Virus record (IMG/VR): IMGVR_UViG_3300041809_000571
Location: 179,841 to 243,840 of that record
Strand: one strand, 5' to 3'
DNA length: 64,000 nt
DNA from: a virus
A program made the position numbers and the translations under genes. This document shows, piece by piece, positions 27,290-37,649 of the stretch (the first letter of the stretch is position 1; the number at the start of each line of letters is the position of its first letter). The notes under the pieces are model-generated. The model searched no databases. It saw nothing but the letters and a program-made list of their open reading frames with translations, and had not been told where the DNA came from.

Positions 27290-27901
27290 TTAATACCGGC
27301 TGTATCGGCAATCCAGTTCACAGCCGTCTTCAATAAGAACTTGGATGAACCTCTCCCGGTAGGTTTTGGCAATTTTGGATTCCGGCTGTTCTTGGCGAAG
27401 CTGATTTTCGTCCATCTCCGGGTCCAGCTTGGTGCGGCAGTGGGAACACTCTAAGTGAAACCCACCCTCCCAACTCATGAAAACATTGTTGTGGAGGTAC
27501 TTGTCCGCTAGTGCCTTCTTGAACTCTGGAGACTGCCTCGCCCACGATATCCGCACATTGTAGTGATAAACATCCACGTTCCGAACGTCATCGGACATAT
27601 CGCAGACGAAATGCCGCTCATATTCATTGACTTCAAAATCATCTTCCACGAATCCCTTGATGAGAAGATTGCGCACCTTAACCGGAACGCCCCCGGCCTC
27701 CCACGTGATGGCTTTCTTTCCCCGTTTTATGGCCTCGTCAATCTTGCCATCCAACTCCTTGCGGGTCTTGGGCATGTCGGCTAGACAGTCTTTCTCGTAT
27801 TCCTCCATCCAGCGACGATGCATTTCCTCATCTTTCAAACGTTTCTTTTCGGCCTGTACTTTCAGGTCTTGCTCCTTCTTCAATGCCTGTGAGGCGTTCA
27901 T
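27290..27901 (-). CDS. hypothetical protein (203 aa)
   Basis: ORF. Confidence 0.5.
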   Translation of the reverse strand: MNASQALKKEQDLKVQAEKKRLKDEEMHRRWMEEYEKDCLADMPKTRKELDGKIDEAIKRGKKAITWEAGGVPVKVRNLLIKGFVEDDFEVNEYERHFVCDMSDDVRNVDVYHYNVRISWARQSPEFKKALADKYLHNNVFMSWEGGFHLECSHCRTKLDPEMDENQLRQEQPESKIAKTYRERFIQVLIEDGCELDCRYSRY

Positions 27902-27909
27902 ATGACCCC

Positions 27910-28926
27910 CTATGGTATCAGCCTGAAATCAACCTCAAACAGCCCCCGGCTTATCCGCATGGAAGCGGGGCCGGACAGAGGGGTGATACTCTGAAACACT
28001 GCATCCTTGTCAGTTGACTGCGATAACGCCGAAACCAGTAGTTCGGCGCTGCTGCCGGATGTGGCAAACTTCGCCCACTCGGAAGCCTGTGGACCAAGGT
28101 CGAAGGTTGCCTCGTTGCCATACTTGTCCCGGCAGGAGAGACCCTTCTTGGGGCTGAACTCCACCCGGCTGGATTTCTCACACAGGAGGACGATGCTCTT
28201 CAAAGCGCTGACGAGCCGGATGGCATCCACCGTGGCGACAACTGTTCCCGGCACGTTGAATATCTGGCGCATCGGGTCCGGGGAAGTGTGCGAGGAGAAA
28301 CACCCCACCATTCCATCTTTGTGGGCTACCCAGTATCCGTTTTCACTGATGGTGAGGATTTCCGCCGCACCGCCGCTGACAAAACTGAGAAACGACTTTC
28401 TCGGTTGAAGAACAACGTTCTTTATGGAGTCGGGGACTTGCCACTTGACCACGCCCGCCTGCGTACCGAGGTACAGTTTCCCGTCGCCCAACGAAGGTTG
28501 GTTGGAAAGCTCGGGAAGAGCCTCTACGTCTATACCGGAGAAAACGGCGGGGTCAAGGCGCTCTTTGGCCGGTTCGCCAATGGAGTGATATTTGATGCCG
28601 GTGCTGACTTCCCGGACGGTGTGAACATGCATGAAATTCTTGTAGGGTCCATCCACCGATTCGATACAGACAATGCCCATGGCGTCTACCGACATCTCAA
28701 GGCTGTCCGCCGAGGCTCGCAGGCAGTCCTGCAAGTGGCTGTAAGAAACGAAGTGGCGGACGCCCACGGGGTTGAATCCCTTGGTCTGGATGAAGCTAAG
28801 TGAACTGGACCGGTAGAATGCGGGGGCCTTACCAGCGGGAAGCTGTACCGCCATGTAGGCGCACACGCTGCTGTCAAGAACACCTGACATTTTGAAAACG
28901 GAGGCAAGACTGGATTTCTTTACCAT
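27910..28926 (-). CDS. hypothetical protein (338 aa); speculative sliding-clamp candidate
   Basis: The size and position in the replication module suggest a clamp; no diagnostic motif. Confidence 0.25.
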   Translation of the reverse strand: MVKKSSLASVFKMSGVLDSSVCAYMAVQLPAGKAPAFYRSSSLSFIQTKGFNPVGVRHFVSYSHLQDCLRASADSLEMSVDAMGIVCIESVDGPYKNFMHVHTVREVSTGIKYHSIGEPAKERLDPAVFSGIDVEALPELSNQPSLGDGKLYLGTQAGVVKWQVPDSIKNVVLQPRKSFLSFVSGGAAEILTISENGYWVAHKDGMVGCFSSHTSPDPMRQIFNVPGTVVATVDAIRLVSALKSIVLLCEKSSRVEFSPKKGLSCRDKYGNEATFDLGPQASEWAKFATSGSSAELLVSALSQSTDKDAVFQSITPLSGPASMRISRGLFEVDFRLIP

Positions 28927-29210
28927 TTAACCTCTTCTCCCAAATGGGCTTCGGCTGCCTGTCGGTATGGAGACTGCGTTTCAAGTCTAACCGGCTGCAA
29001 AGGTTTGCCAAAGGTCATCAACACCAGCCACAGATTCCCACTGAACAGGATGCGCAGCCGTTCCCGCCAACTAAGTCTCCACCGGGTAAAAACATAGGGT
29101 TTGGCAATGATAGCCGGGAGAGGGGTGTATTGTGGTTGGTCTTTTGCAATGACGATTTCCTTGCCCTCAAAATAACAGATGTCGGGCAGAACGGGCGAGA
29201 CAGGCTGCAT
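28920..29210 (-). CDS. hypothetical protein (96 aa)
   Basis: ORF; GAGTATTATTCAACGGAGGGAGT-ATG upstream. Confidence 0.45.
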   Translation of the reverse strand: MQPVSPVLPDICYFEGKEIVIAKDQPQYTPLPAIIAKPYVFTRWRLSWRERLRILFSGNLWLVLMTFGKPLQPVRLETQSPYRQAAEAHLGEEVKW

Positions 29211-29237
29211 ACTCCCTCCGTTGAATAATACTCAGAT

Positions 29238-32200
29238 TTATATGGAAATCGCTTCGATGTTGGAAAATCCCGAGTCCCCATCGGCGGAAAGGGTCTGTAC
29301 TCGGAAGGTGTAGGTGTATCCCTTGGGGAGGCTTATGACGATACTTTCGATGGAGCCGTTGTTGACCGTGGAGGCCACTTGCCATGTCACCCCGCCGTCA
29401 ATGGAGGACTGAACGAGGTATCCGCTGGCGAGGTCCGGGCGGTTCTGACTCCACGACAATCCCACCTGCTCCAGATTGGATTGAAGAGGGTTTGGTCCTT
29501 TATCAACGGGAGCAAACAGCGTCGGAGACAAGGGAGCACCGGCATAAGCGCTTTCCGGCTCAAACAGAATTTCACCGCTGGTCACCTGCTGGTTGATAAG
29601 CTTGGTCTTATCCCATGTACCGATGATGGCATTCTGGGAAAGGTCGATGAGCGTTTCATAGGTCAGCCCACTGTTGGTTACAGACCCAAGGAAAATCTGA
29701 CCAGAACGAGTGTTCTCCACATTAGCAAGCCGGACAAACTGAATGTTGTTGGCACCGTAAAGAAGCTGGGAAGTCGTGCTGATTTCCAAGACCGCCTGCG
29801 GAACCAAGTCAGTGGTGCGTACCTGCAAGAGCAAGCAGCCATCCGGCCCGGAGAGAACCAAGACCCGATTGCCGCCGTAGCTCACCGTGGTGAATATTTG
29901 GGTAAAGCTCAAACTGGATATAGACGAGAGATTCAGGGATATATCCGGGTTATCCGAGGTGAGGGGAAGGTCCGGGAGGAAACGGTAAAGGTATCCGTTG
30001 CTCGCCAGCATCAGGGTGTAATCTTCCTCGGTGTGAACCGCATCCAGAACCGTGGGGAGTACTGGTGGAGACGACACGGTGTTCTGCGGCGGCAGGAGCT
30101 TGCGGAAGACACTGGACGGTGGGCTATTCAGGTAAAGGAAGACAAGCACTGAATAGGGGGAGATGTATACCAACCGGTCTTGCCCCTGCGTGGGCGGGCT
30201 GATGACCTGTAGTACCGATACCCGTTTGACGCCGGATAGGTCACTGTAGATGCTCGATATATCCAAGGCTCCCCACTCCATAGGTGGGCTGGGTGCGGTC
30301 ACATTCCGGTCAGCGATATTTCCCCACCACACGGACCGGCTAAGGCTCAGACTGTCGGTGGGAGAAAAATCGTAGGAGTCAATGGGGATAGCGACGAAAG
30401 CTGTTACCGGTGGGTTGACTCCATCGTTTACAACCAAGCTCCACTCAATCGTTTCCCCCTCCACGAGTGCTCCGTTAGTCTCAAAGGTCAGAACCGGGGT
30501 ATCAGTTCCGGTTGCCTGCAACGGTGTTCCTACCGGCTCCGTCCAAGTGTAGGTAGTGAGGTCATCCGCATCCGTATCTCCCGTGATAACCGGAGCGACC
30601 ACCACCGTAGAGTTCCTGTGTCCAACAAGGCCCACGGGCATGGTAATGACCGGCGTCGGGTTGAAAGGAACCACTAATCCTGCGGGAGGAGAAGTGATGG
30701 AATCAATCACCACATATTGAGGCTTAGTGATGGCAAACCCCGTATCCGCAGTGAATCCATAATCTCCCTGCACGGTGGGGATTGAGAAGGTCACTGTACC
30801 AGTGAATTGCAACCCCGGAGGAGAAAGGAGGGTACCGTCAGAAGTTACGGTTACTGTAGCGTTGTTGAACTGGGGGGCGATGTGCAGGCCATAAAGTAGA
30901 ATTTCTTCCCCGGCTGTGACCGTGGTCAGGGAATCAACCTGCACCGTGATAGTGTTGGTTCCCTGCACATACTGAATCCCCAAAACATGCATGGGTGGGT
31001 GATTGGGAGTAACACCTGTGTAGTCTACAGCAACAACCGCCACACCGATGGGGACAGTCGCTCCCCCAATAGTTCTGTCAACAAAAAGTTCAGCGGTGGT
31101 GCCCGAGTTACTCGGGGTGAGGGAGACATGGGGAGCATCCCCCGTGGGAACTTGCAGAGACCACGTGAACTGAATGGTGTCTCCCGTGTCCGGGTCATAA
31201 GTCCCACTGGCATCCAAAAGGAAGGGGTTGCCTCGAAGCACTGTTCCACTCAAAGGAGTCAATTCCACGGTGGGTGGAACGTTGAAGTGGGAAACGTAGT
31301 ACGGGGTTGACTGTAGGGGTGGAGACCCGGAGAATCCTGTGTTCGCCTCTCCAATCACCGCCCACAAGCTTTCATCGTCAACAACAGACTTAGTGCCCCG
31401 CAGCCACGTAAGGCTGAGGGCGGCGTATGTGGCAGGACTGATAAGCCCCAGTGTAACGGGGTTAACTTCTGCCGTGTAGAAAGGCCAAGCCACGGGGGTG
31501 ATACCCCAGTGAGCAGTATCCTGCGGCGGAGGAAGCAACGGGGTCCAATTGGTGGTATCAGTGACCGGAGAAGCTGCGGAATAACCCCCCAGATTGAGAT
31601 AATAGACGGGGATTTGTACCGTCTGCCCGGCGAGGTAACTCAGGAGGGGATTCCACGGAGCGGCGATGCTGACCGCCGTGGTCACTTCCCAGTTAGCACT
31701 GAGATTAAGAGGAAGGGCATTCTCAATCAGGGTAGACCCATCACTGCCCGGAGCCAGAGTGGCGGTAACCGAAATTCCCTTTACCACTACCGGGAATTGG
31801 GCGATAGCAGCGGAGAGGGTGATTTCCCCATTGATGATGATGGTATTTCCCGACACCACCACAGGACCAACGGCGGTTGTGTCAAAGGCAACCTGAATGG
31901 CACTTCCCGCTGAGCCGCTCACTTGGGCGGTGAAAATGATTCCCTGTGTATTTAATGTAGCCTGTGTATCCAACGAGGGTGGTAAGTTCTCGGGGTTTCC
32001 CACAACATGATTGAGAGCCACATAAAACACAGGAACCGCTGAGATATCGTTTAGTTTGTAGGTCAGCGTAGAAGACCACTGTCCCCGATTGACCATAGGG
32101 ATTAGGCAGAGATAATCGGTGCCATTGTACACCACCCGGTCATTGACGGCATAGCTGTCCTGCCACTGGGGAATAATTGTGAGATTTGAATATGACCATC

Positions 32201-33509
32201 CTCCCCGCTGATTGTAGACCGGGGAAAGAAGGTAGGAGATGCTCGTTCCCTGTGTTGAAGACACGGATAGAGCCGCCTGCATTGCGGAGCCGCCCAACGT
32301 AGAGCCGGAACTGGTTGTCCAATTCCAAGCCGGGGGAGAATCGGCAAGGGTGCTATAACCGATGAGGATGTTACCAACGATGGTGTTGGTTTGAACTCCC
32401 TGTGTAAAGAAGACCAAGGAAACGGTGCGGTTGCTACCCACGGGGAATACGGTCAGTCGGTTATCGGTGTAGCGCCCGGTGAATGTAGTAAGAATCTCAG
32501 TGCTCCCCCAAACAGTGCCGGGAGGAGAAAAGGAGACCACCCCGTCAATCTCATTGATGGAGAAGGTCTGGTCCTGAAACGTCACATTCTTGGGGTGACT
32601 CTCGTAATAGACCTCCACCGTAGTTCCATCCTGACAAACAGCGGATGTGGAGCCAAACACCGGTCCACTACGGGCAGGAGCGGACGCCAATGCCACAGGT
32701 GGTACAGCTATGGTGTCGTTAGGTTCAAGTTGGAAACCCAACAGGGAGTTACCCGGCAACCATGTGGCAAATCCCGACTCATACGCCGGGGGACTGATGG
32801 ATTGGGAGTAATCCGGGTATGGGACGTTGGCGGTAAAACTAAAAGAATTGGAACCGGTGACAGTGACACTAGTCCCGTTAAGGAATTGGGCAAGCTGCAA
32901 CCCCGAAAAGGAGACAGGCACTCCCGCTTGAAACAGGTTGTATCCAGTGACCGTGAGGACGCCGCCAATTATAGAGATGTGGGTGATTTCACAAACTGTG
33001 GGAATCTGGTCCACCACCACCGGATTGACTACTGCTGCAACCGCAAATGACCCAGAGGACAGACGGCAAACATCGTAGCCCTCCCGGACGGCGGAGGCAG
33101 TAGCAAGGACATGAGGACCGGTAAGCGTGTAGGGGGGACTACCCTGAGTGTCAAAGGTAAACTTGATGAGGTCTACCGGAAAAACTTGAGAGGTGGATAG
33201 CGACTCGGGAGGAGAGTAGCTACTCCGGTTATCCTGTGTCCCAATGATGTGAATGTACCGGCTGCCGTCATAAGCAATGACCGGGTCAAAAGATTCGTTG
33301 AGGTTGGGAAAGATGTACTCCGCTACCTGTGTAAAGCTCCACCCCGGACCGGGGTCCGGGGGGACGGCGTTGGAACGAAGAATGACAAAAGAATTGGTAG
33401 CCGGGCGAACCTGACTGACCACAAAGAGAGTTCCACTCACGTCTACGAAGGCAGCATTGCCCTCGTAGAGTTCGGGGGACCAAGTCGTGGTATCAAGCAG
33501 TGTCTTCAT
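29238..33509 (-). CDS. Large Thr/Ser/Val-rich virion protein (1423 aa) with a C-terminal fibronectin type III domain; tail fibre or host-recognition candidate
   Basis: Beta-strand-rich T/S/V/G composition. C-terminus 'LSWSQNRPDLASGYLVQSSIDGGVTWQ...YTYTFRVQTLSADGDSG' is FN3-like. Confidence 0.5.
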   Translation of the reverse strand: MKTLLDTTTWSPELYEGNAAFVDVSGTLFVVSQVRPATNSFVILRSNAVPPDPGPGWSFTQVAEYIFPNLNESFDPVIAYDGSRYIHIIGTQDNRSSYSPPESLSTSQVFPVDLIKFTFDTQGSPPYTLTGPHVLATASAVREGYDVCRLSSGSFAVAAVVNPVVVDQIPTVCEITHISIIGGVLTVTGYNLFQAGVPVSFSGLQLAQFLNGTSVTVTGSNSFSFTANVPYPDYSQSISPPAYESGFATWLPGNSLLGFQLEPNDTIAVPPVALASAPARSGPVFGSTSAVCQDGTTVEVYYESHPKNVTFQDQTFSINEIDGVVSFSPPGTVWGSTEILTTFTGRYTDNRLTVFPVGSNRTVSLVFFTQGVQTNTIVGNILIGYSTLADSPPAWNWTTSSGSTLGGSAMQAALSVSSTQGTSISYLLSPVYNQRGGWSYSNLTIIPQWQDSYAVNDRVVYNGTDYLCLIPMVNRGQWSSTLTYKLNDISAVPVFYVALNHVVGNPENLPPSLDTQATLNTQGIIFTAQVSGSAGSAIQVAFDTTAVGPVVVSGNTIIINGEITLSAAIAQFPVVVKGISVTATLAPGSDGSTLIENALPLNLSANWEVTTAVSIAAPWNPLLSYLAGQTVQIPVYYLNLGGYSAASPVTDTTNWTPLLPPPQDTAHWGITPVAWPFYTAEVNPVTLGLISPATYAALSLTWLRGTKSVVDDESLWAVIGEANTGFSGSPPLQSTPYYVSHFNVPPTVELTPLSGTVLRGNPFLLDASGTYDPDTGDTIQFTWSLQVPTGDAPHVSLTPSNSGTTAELFVDRTIGGATVPIGVAVVAVDYTGVTPNHPPMHVLGIQYVQGTNTITVQVDSLTTVTAGEEILLYGLHIAPQFNNATVTVTSDGTLLSPPGLQFTGTVTFSIPTVQGDYGFTADTGFAITKPQYVVIDSITSPPAGLVVPFNPTPVITMPVGLVGHRNSTVVVAPVITGDTDADDLTTYTWTEPVGTPLQATGTDTPVLTFETNGALVEGETIEWSLVVNDGVNPPVTAFVAIPIDSYDFSPTDSLSLSRSVWWGNIADRNVTAPSPPMEWGALDISSIYSDLSGVKRVSVLQVISPPTQGQDRLVYISPYSVLVFLYLNSPPSSVFRKLLPPQNTVSSPPVLPTVLDAVHTEEDYTLMLASNGYLYRFLPDLPLTSDNPDISLNLSSISSLSFTQIFTTVSYGGNRVLVLSGPDGCLLLQVRTTDLVPQAVLEISTTSQLLYGANNIQFVRLANVENTRSGQIFLGSVTNSGLTYETLIDLSQNAIIGTWDKTKLINQQVTSGEILFEPESAYAGAPLSPTLFAPVDKGPNPLQSNLEQVGLSWSQNRPDLASGYLVQSSIDGGVTWQVASTVNNGSIESIVISLPKGYTYTFRVQTLSADGDSGFSNIEAISI

Positions 33510-33527
33510 GTTCCGGCCACTCCTACT

Positions 33528-34346
33528 TTAAGACGGCAATAGACAAGATTCAGCCATTCGGGCTTCTCGTTTTTTAGCTTCCCGATTTTTGGCAATCTCA
33601 GACATTTTGGCACAAAACTCCGGGCCAAACTTTTTACCCTTTTTAATTTTAGACATATTGACACGGTACTCGGGGCTGGTGTTCGCCTTCCTGACAGCCT
33701 CAAGTGTCCTAGCATAATTTTCCTCTGACCAACCCTTCTTTCCTGCTACTATCGCTTTAGCGAGAGTTTCTGGATTATTCCAAATCCCTTTCCTTGCCTC
33801 AGCCGATTTGGCCTGAATTTCGGGGGTATGCAACCGTTTTACGGCCTCCACTGCCTTTGCGTGCTCTAGGGGGTCTGACAGTCGAACCCTGTTGGCCTCA
33901 GCCAGATTAGCCCGAGCTTGAGGGTCGGTCCACCCTTTCTCAAGACCTTTAACCATCCGAGCACGCATTATAGGGTCAGCCATAGCTTTTCTGATGGACT
34001 CAGAGGTTTTCTTACGGGAAGATTCGGTATGCGGCCCTGTGAACCCCTCCCCTCCCCGGCATATGTTATAACCATACTCGGGGTCTTGAGCTTTTAAGAA
34101 TTTAATAAATTCCCGTTCAACTTCATTGAGTTCTTCCCGAGTCTGAATATCTGACCGGAGGGCGTGGATGGACCAAATAGAGGGGTCTGAGTGTGCTCGC
34201 ATAGACTGATAAAGGCGAGATTGGTTTGAGATACCTCTTTGGGCGTGGTGAAACTTCTGCTGAAGATATTTCTTTAGATTGTTCCCCTTATGCTGACCGA
34301 CATAGTACTTACCGGTCTCGTGGTTAACAATGAGATAAATGAACAT
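33528..34346 (-). CDS. GIY-YIG homing endonuclease with NUMOD3-like C-terminal DNA-binding repeats
   Basis: 'IYLIVNHETGKYYVGQ', conserved R, 'ELNEVEREFI', 'YNICRGG'; repeated '..RKAMADPIMRARMVKG / RANLAEANRVR / AKSAEARKG' modules. Confidence 0.8.
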   Translation of the reverse strand: MFIYLIVNHETGKYYVGQHKGNNLKKYLQQKFHHAQRGISNQSRLYQSMRAHSDPSIWSIHALRSDIQTREELNEVEREFIKFLKAQDPEYGYNICRGGEGFTGPHTESSRKKTSESIRKAMADPIMRARMVKGLEKGWTDPQARANLAEANRVRLSDPLEHAKAVEAVKRLHTPEIQAKSAEARKGIWNNPETLAKAIVAGKKGWSEENYARTLEAVRKANTSPEYRVNMSKIKKGKKFGPEFCAKMSEIAKNREAKKREARMAESCLLPS

Positions 34347-34389
34347 AGCAACCTCCCTCTATCTATAATACCATTGGAAAGTTGTTTTT

Positions 34390-36951
34390 TCATACACCTT
34401 GTCCGCTGCCTTCCGGCCCTTGTTCAGGTTCCTCATCAACTTCGTCAAGCTGCAATCCCTTGATGACCCGCTTGACGACATCGGACCGCTCCATGACCAC
34501 TTGCCCGATGGAGTTGTAGATGTTGCTCAGCAACTCGTTGAACTTGGCGTCATTCACACCATACAAATCCTCTTCCAGCTTGCGCTTGGCATCTTCGGGG
34601 TCGATTTCCAAAAACTCCAAGATAATACTAACTGGAATACTACCTTTGGAATAAAGATTGTAAAGCATGTCGTAAACGTCCCCGGCGTCACGCAGAGCGA
34701 GCCTAGAGAACGATACCTTGGGGTATATCCAGCGGGGCTTATCCCACTTATCCTTTTCGTAGAATCCCTTCTTCATGGCGACGGGCTTGAAGATACTATT
34801 TTCAATGATGTCAGCAAGCACGTCACGGAACTGGAGATAGGAGGTTTCGATAAGCTGCAACTGGACCTTGTTGCCGGAATAGAGTCCTTCACCAATGAGG
34901 ATTTCCGGGCTGAATCCAAGACCGATGGACAGGTCGGAGTTAGTGTGCTGCCATTCTCCGTCCAGAGATAGCAACCTACCATCCGAACCAATCTCATCCC
35001 ACCGGGCCTCGTAGTTCAATACGACGCTGTAGTCCGGGTCGGCCTTGGCTTCGTCAATGTGCGCACGGAGAGCCATGACTTCGGCGGGCGGGATATCGGG
35101 GGCGATGACCAACGTTTTGGGCGTCATGTTACGAGACGCCAACGTGGACTGCACTTGTCGCAGCTTTTCACGGTAGATGACTGTGCGGATACAACGCTGG
35201 AGGATAGAACGACCGTGAAGTTCGTAGTCACTCTTCTTGCGGGCGAAGTGGATGACGTAAGAACCCTCGAAGGGGTCCTTGTTCAAAGCAACCTTGCCGT
35301 CCGCTTCCAACATACCCTTGACTTCGGAATCGACCTCGGGGTCTTCAAGGTATGCGGTTTTCTGCTTTTCGAGCGGCTTATAGTATACGGTCGGCCCGGC
35401 TGTCATGCTGTCCCCGGCCTCAAGCTCTATCTGCTCGGGAGGAAGGACGTTGATGGCGTCAAAGCCCTCGTAGTCTTTGTTCTCCAAGTGGGAGAAAAGC
35501 TCCTCCTCTTCCTTGCGCTGTTTGCGGATATCCTCCAATTCCTCCAAGACCTGCTTCTTTTTCTCCAGCAGTTTGATGATGCGCTTGAGTTCAAGGAGTT
35601 CCTTTTGCTTGGCGAGGGTTGACCCTTGGGAGATGGCATTCTGCACCGCCCCCACTTGGTCACCGGGGGTCGTCGGCTCGGGAGGCATTCCACCCCCTCC
35701 ACCACCTCCCATGGGAGGAAGCCCACCGCCTCCACCTAAATCTCCTCCTAAGTCTCCACCCAAATCTCCGGGAGGGAGGTCTCCACCGGGTTCTCCCATG
35801 GGGTCCACACCGGCAACACCTTCCAGCCCGGCATCCCCCATCGGTGCTCCCTCTCCACCAGCGGGTGGAGGTGCGCCCGCATCGGGAGGAGCGGCGACTT
35901 TCACCTGAATGGGATAATCATCCTCGGCCTCATCACGGGTGATGAGCTTGGACTCCTTATTCTCCATAGCCAGCTTGATAAATCCCTTGACGCTGGCCGC
36001 TTTCTTTGTGTAGCTGATTTTCTTCTTGCGGATTTCATTCTTGACGTTGGCAATGGTCTCGTCAGGAGCAAAGAGGTTGAACTTAATGCCTGCCTTCTTG
36101 ATTTCACAGATAATGGCGGACTTCTTTTTGAGCCAACTAGAACGCTTTTCAGGCTGGAGAAAGTCCAAGATGGCGTCCGATGTGCCGCCCATCATGGAGC
36201 CTTCGCCTTCCATGCCCGGCTCGGTAGATTGAGCATTGGGGCGCTTTTTGTTCTTCGCCTCCGCCTTCTCTATCTGAGCCTTTGCCAACTTGGAAGGTTC
36301 AACGGGTTCGGCTTCCTGAATGAAAATGAAAGCCTCCCCGATGGTCCAGTATTCCCGGACCGCCTGAATCAAAACCTGAAAGAACTTGGTGTCACTGATA
36401 AGTCCCTGATAGAAGTCGTAAACATAGTCAGCGAAGTCATCGCTGGAACACTTGGGCTTCTCTAATGCCCACTTGGACAAGGGAAGTTCGGTGTGCATGT
36501 CAATAGCACGTCCGACGATGGGGTCCCGGTCATAAGCGAGTCGATAGAACCGGAGTTCTTCCGCCCGGCTGGCGGGGAGTTCGAGGGCGTCTACCGGGAA
36601 CTCATAGCTGTAGTAACCGATGTTGTTGGAATCGGCGATGTCGGCGTTGCCGAGGGTGCCATCACTGAACAGGGCGGCGGTCTTCTGCCGGGTAAGCTCG
36701 TACATCCCCCATCCCTGCGCACCGAAAGGGGTACCTTGGGTCGCCATCTGGCGGACCCGGCTAACCAGAACGTCGGCAATCATTCCGTCATTCGTCATAC
36801 TGGTCCGGGGGCCTGCGGAGGCGTATTGCTTACCACCCTTGCTGGCAGCAACTTTTCGCTTTATTTCGGTGGTCCCCACACGCAAATTAGCTCCCCGTTC
36901 CCTCTTAACCAACACGCTCTTGGGGGTCGTCGTAGTTTTCTTTTCAGCCAT
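34390..36951 (-). CDS. Putative portal protein (853 aa) with an internal Gly/Asp/Pro low-complexity insert
   Basis: Size, acidic C-terminus and a loose resemblance to the T4 gp20 core; the resemblance is weak. Confidence 0.3.
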   Translation of the reverse strand: MAEKKTTTTPKSVLVKRERGANLRVGTTEIKRKVAASKGGKQYASAGPRTSMTNDGMIADVLVSRVRQMATQGTPFGAQGWGMYELTRQKTAALFSDGTLGNADIADSNNIGYYSYEFPVDALELPASRAEELRFYRLAYDRDPIVGRAIDMHTELPLSKWALEKPKCSSDDFADYVYDFYQGLISDTKFFQVLIQAVREYWTIGEAFIFIQEAEPVEPSKLAKAQIEKAEAKNKKRPNAQSTEPGMEGEGSMMGGTSDAILDFLQPEKRSSWLKKKSAIICEIKKAGIKFNLFAPDETIANVKNEIRKKKISYTKKAASVKGFIKLAMENKESKLITRDEAEDDYPIQVKVAAPPDAGAPPPAGGEGAPMGDAGLEGVAGVDPMGEPGGDLPPGDLGGDLGGDLGGGGGLPPMGGGGGGGMPPEPTTPGDQVGAVQNAISQGSTLAKQKELLELKRIIKLLEKKKQVLEELEDIRKQRKEEEELFSHLENKDYEGFDAINVLPPEQIELEAGDSMTAGPTVYYKPLEKQKTAYLEDPEVDSEVKGMLEADGKVALNKDPFEGSYVIHFARKKSDYELHGRSILQRCIRTVIYREKLRQVQSTLASRNMTPKTLVIAPDIPPAEVMALRAHIDEAKADPDYSVVLNYEARWDEIGSDGRLLSLDGEWQHTNSDLSIGLGFSPEILIGEGLYSGNKVQLQLIETSYLQFRDVLADIIENSIFKPVAMKKGFYEKDKWDKPRWIYPKVSFSRLALRDAGDVYDMLYNLYSKGSIPVSIILEFLEIDPEDAKRKLEEDLYGVNDAKFNELLSNIYNSIGQVVMERSDVVKRVIKGLQLDEVDEEPEQGPEGSGQGV
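35676..35790 (-). repeat. Low-complexity coding repeat (GDLPPGDLGGDLGGDLGGGGGLPPMGGGGGGG)
   Basis: Repeated AAGTCTCCACC/AAATCTCC units on the plus strand. Confidence 0.6.
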
Positions 36952-36985
36952 AAGTCCTCAATAAAGGGGATAGAAAGCGGAAAAA

Positions 36986-37633
36986 TTACGGTTTCGGCTC
37001 TTCCGTGGGCCTATCCACCGCCTCGCTGTTTCTGGGAAGTAGCCTAAAATGCTCCAAAATGACCTCGTTATCAAGGCCAACTGGCAACATCTCCAACGTC
37101 GGACTTCCGGCTCTTAGAATTCCAAACTCATTATTTTTCTTACGTTTATCCACAGACTCCTTGGCTATCCTCATCCGCACAGTGCGAGCCTTACGCCGCT
37201 CCTTTTCGAGTAATTCCTCCATCTGCACGGCATATTTGACTTTCTGGGCGGAAAGCTGCTCCAGACCATATAGGGAGGTTCCCACCATGGCGAGAATGGG
37301 AGAAATGTCGGTTTTGTCCTCCTCGTCCATGTTGTCAAGCAGCCGGGAGAGCCACTTCGCCGACTCCTTCATGGAGTTTAACGCTTGCACAGCACACCCC
37401 ATCTGAGAATAGACCCGTTGGGAGTTTAGCCGAAGAAGTGCTCTCTTTTGAACTACTTCCGTCTCACCATCCTCTTTAACATCCAACTCTGCTCGGAATT
37501 TGAAGGGGAGTTCCCCCGCCTTCAATCCCATCTGTTTTCGGGTCTTAAAGGTCCTGACGGGGGAGTGAGCGCACCTGTGGTGGTCGCCGTAGTAGGAGTT
37601 CCCGCACTTCGCACATATCTTGTTCAAGGACAC
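36986..37633 (-). CDS. hypothetical protein with an N-terminal CxxC...H..C Zn ribbon (GTG start)
   Basis: ORF. Confidence 0.45.
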   Translation of the reverse strand: MSLNKICAKCGNSYYGDHHRCAHSPVRTFKTRKQMGLKAGELPFKFRAELDVKEDGETEVVQKRALLRLNSQRVYSQMGCAVQALNSMKESAKWLSRLLDNMDEEDKTDISPILAMVGTSLYGLEQLSAQKVKYAVQMEELLEKERRKARTVRMRIAKESVDKRKKNNEFGILRAGSPTLEMLPVGLDNEVILEHFRLLPRNSEAVDRPTEEPKP

Positions 37634-37649
37634 CTCTATAAGGTATCCA

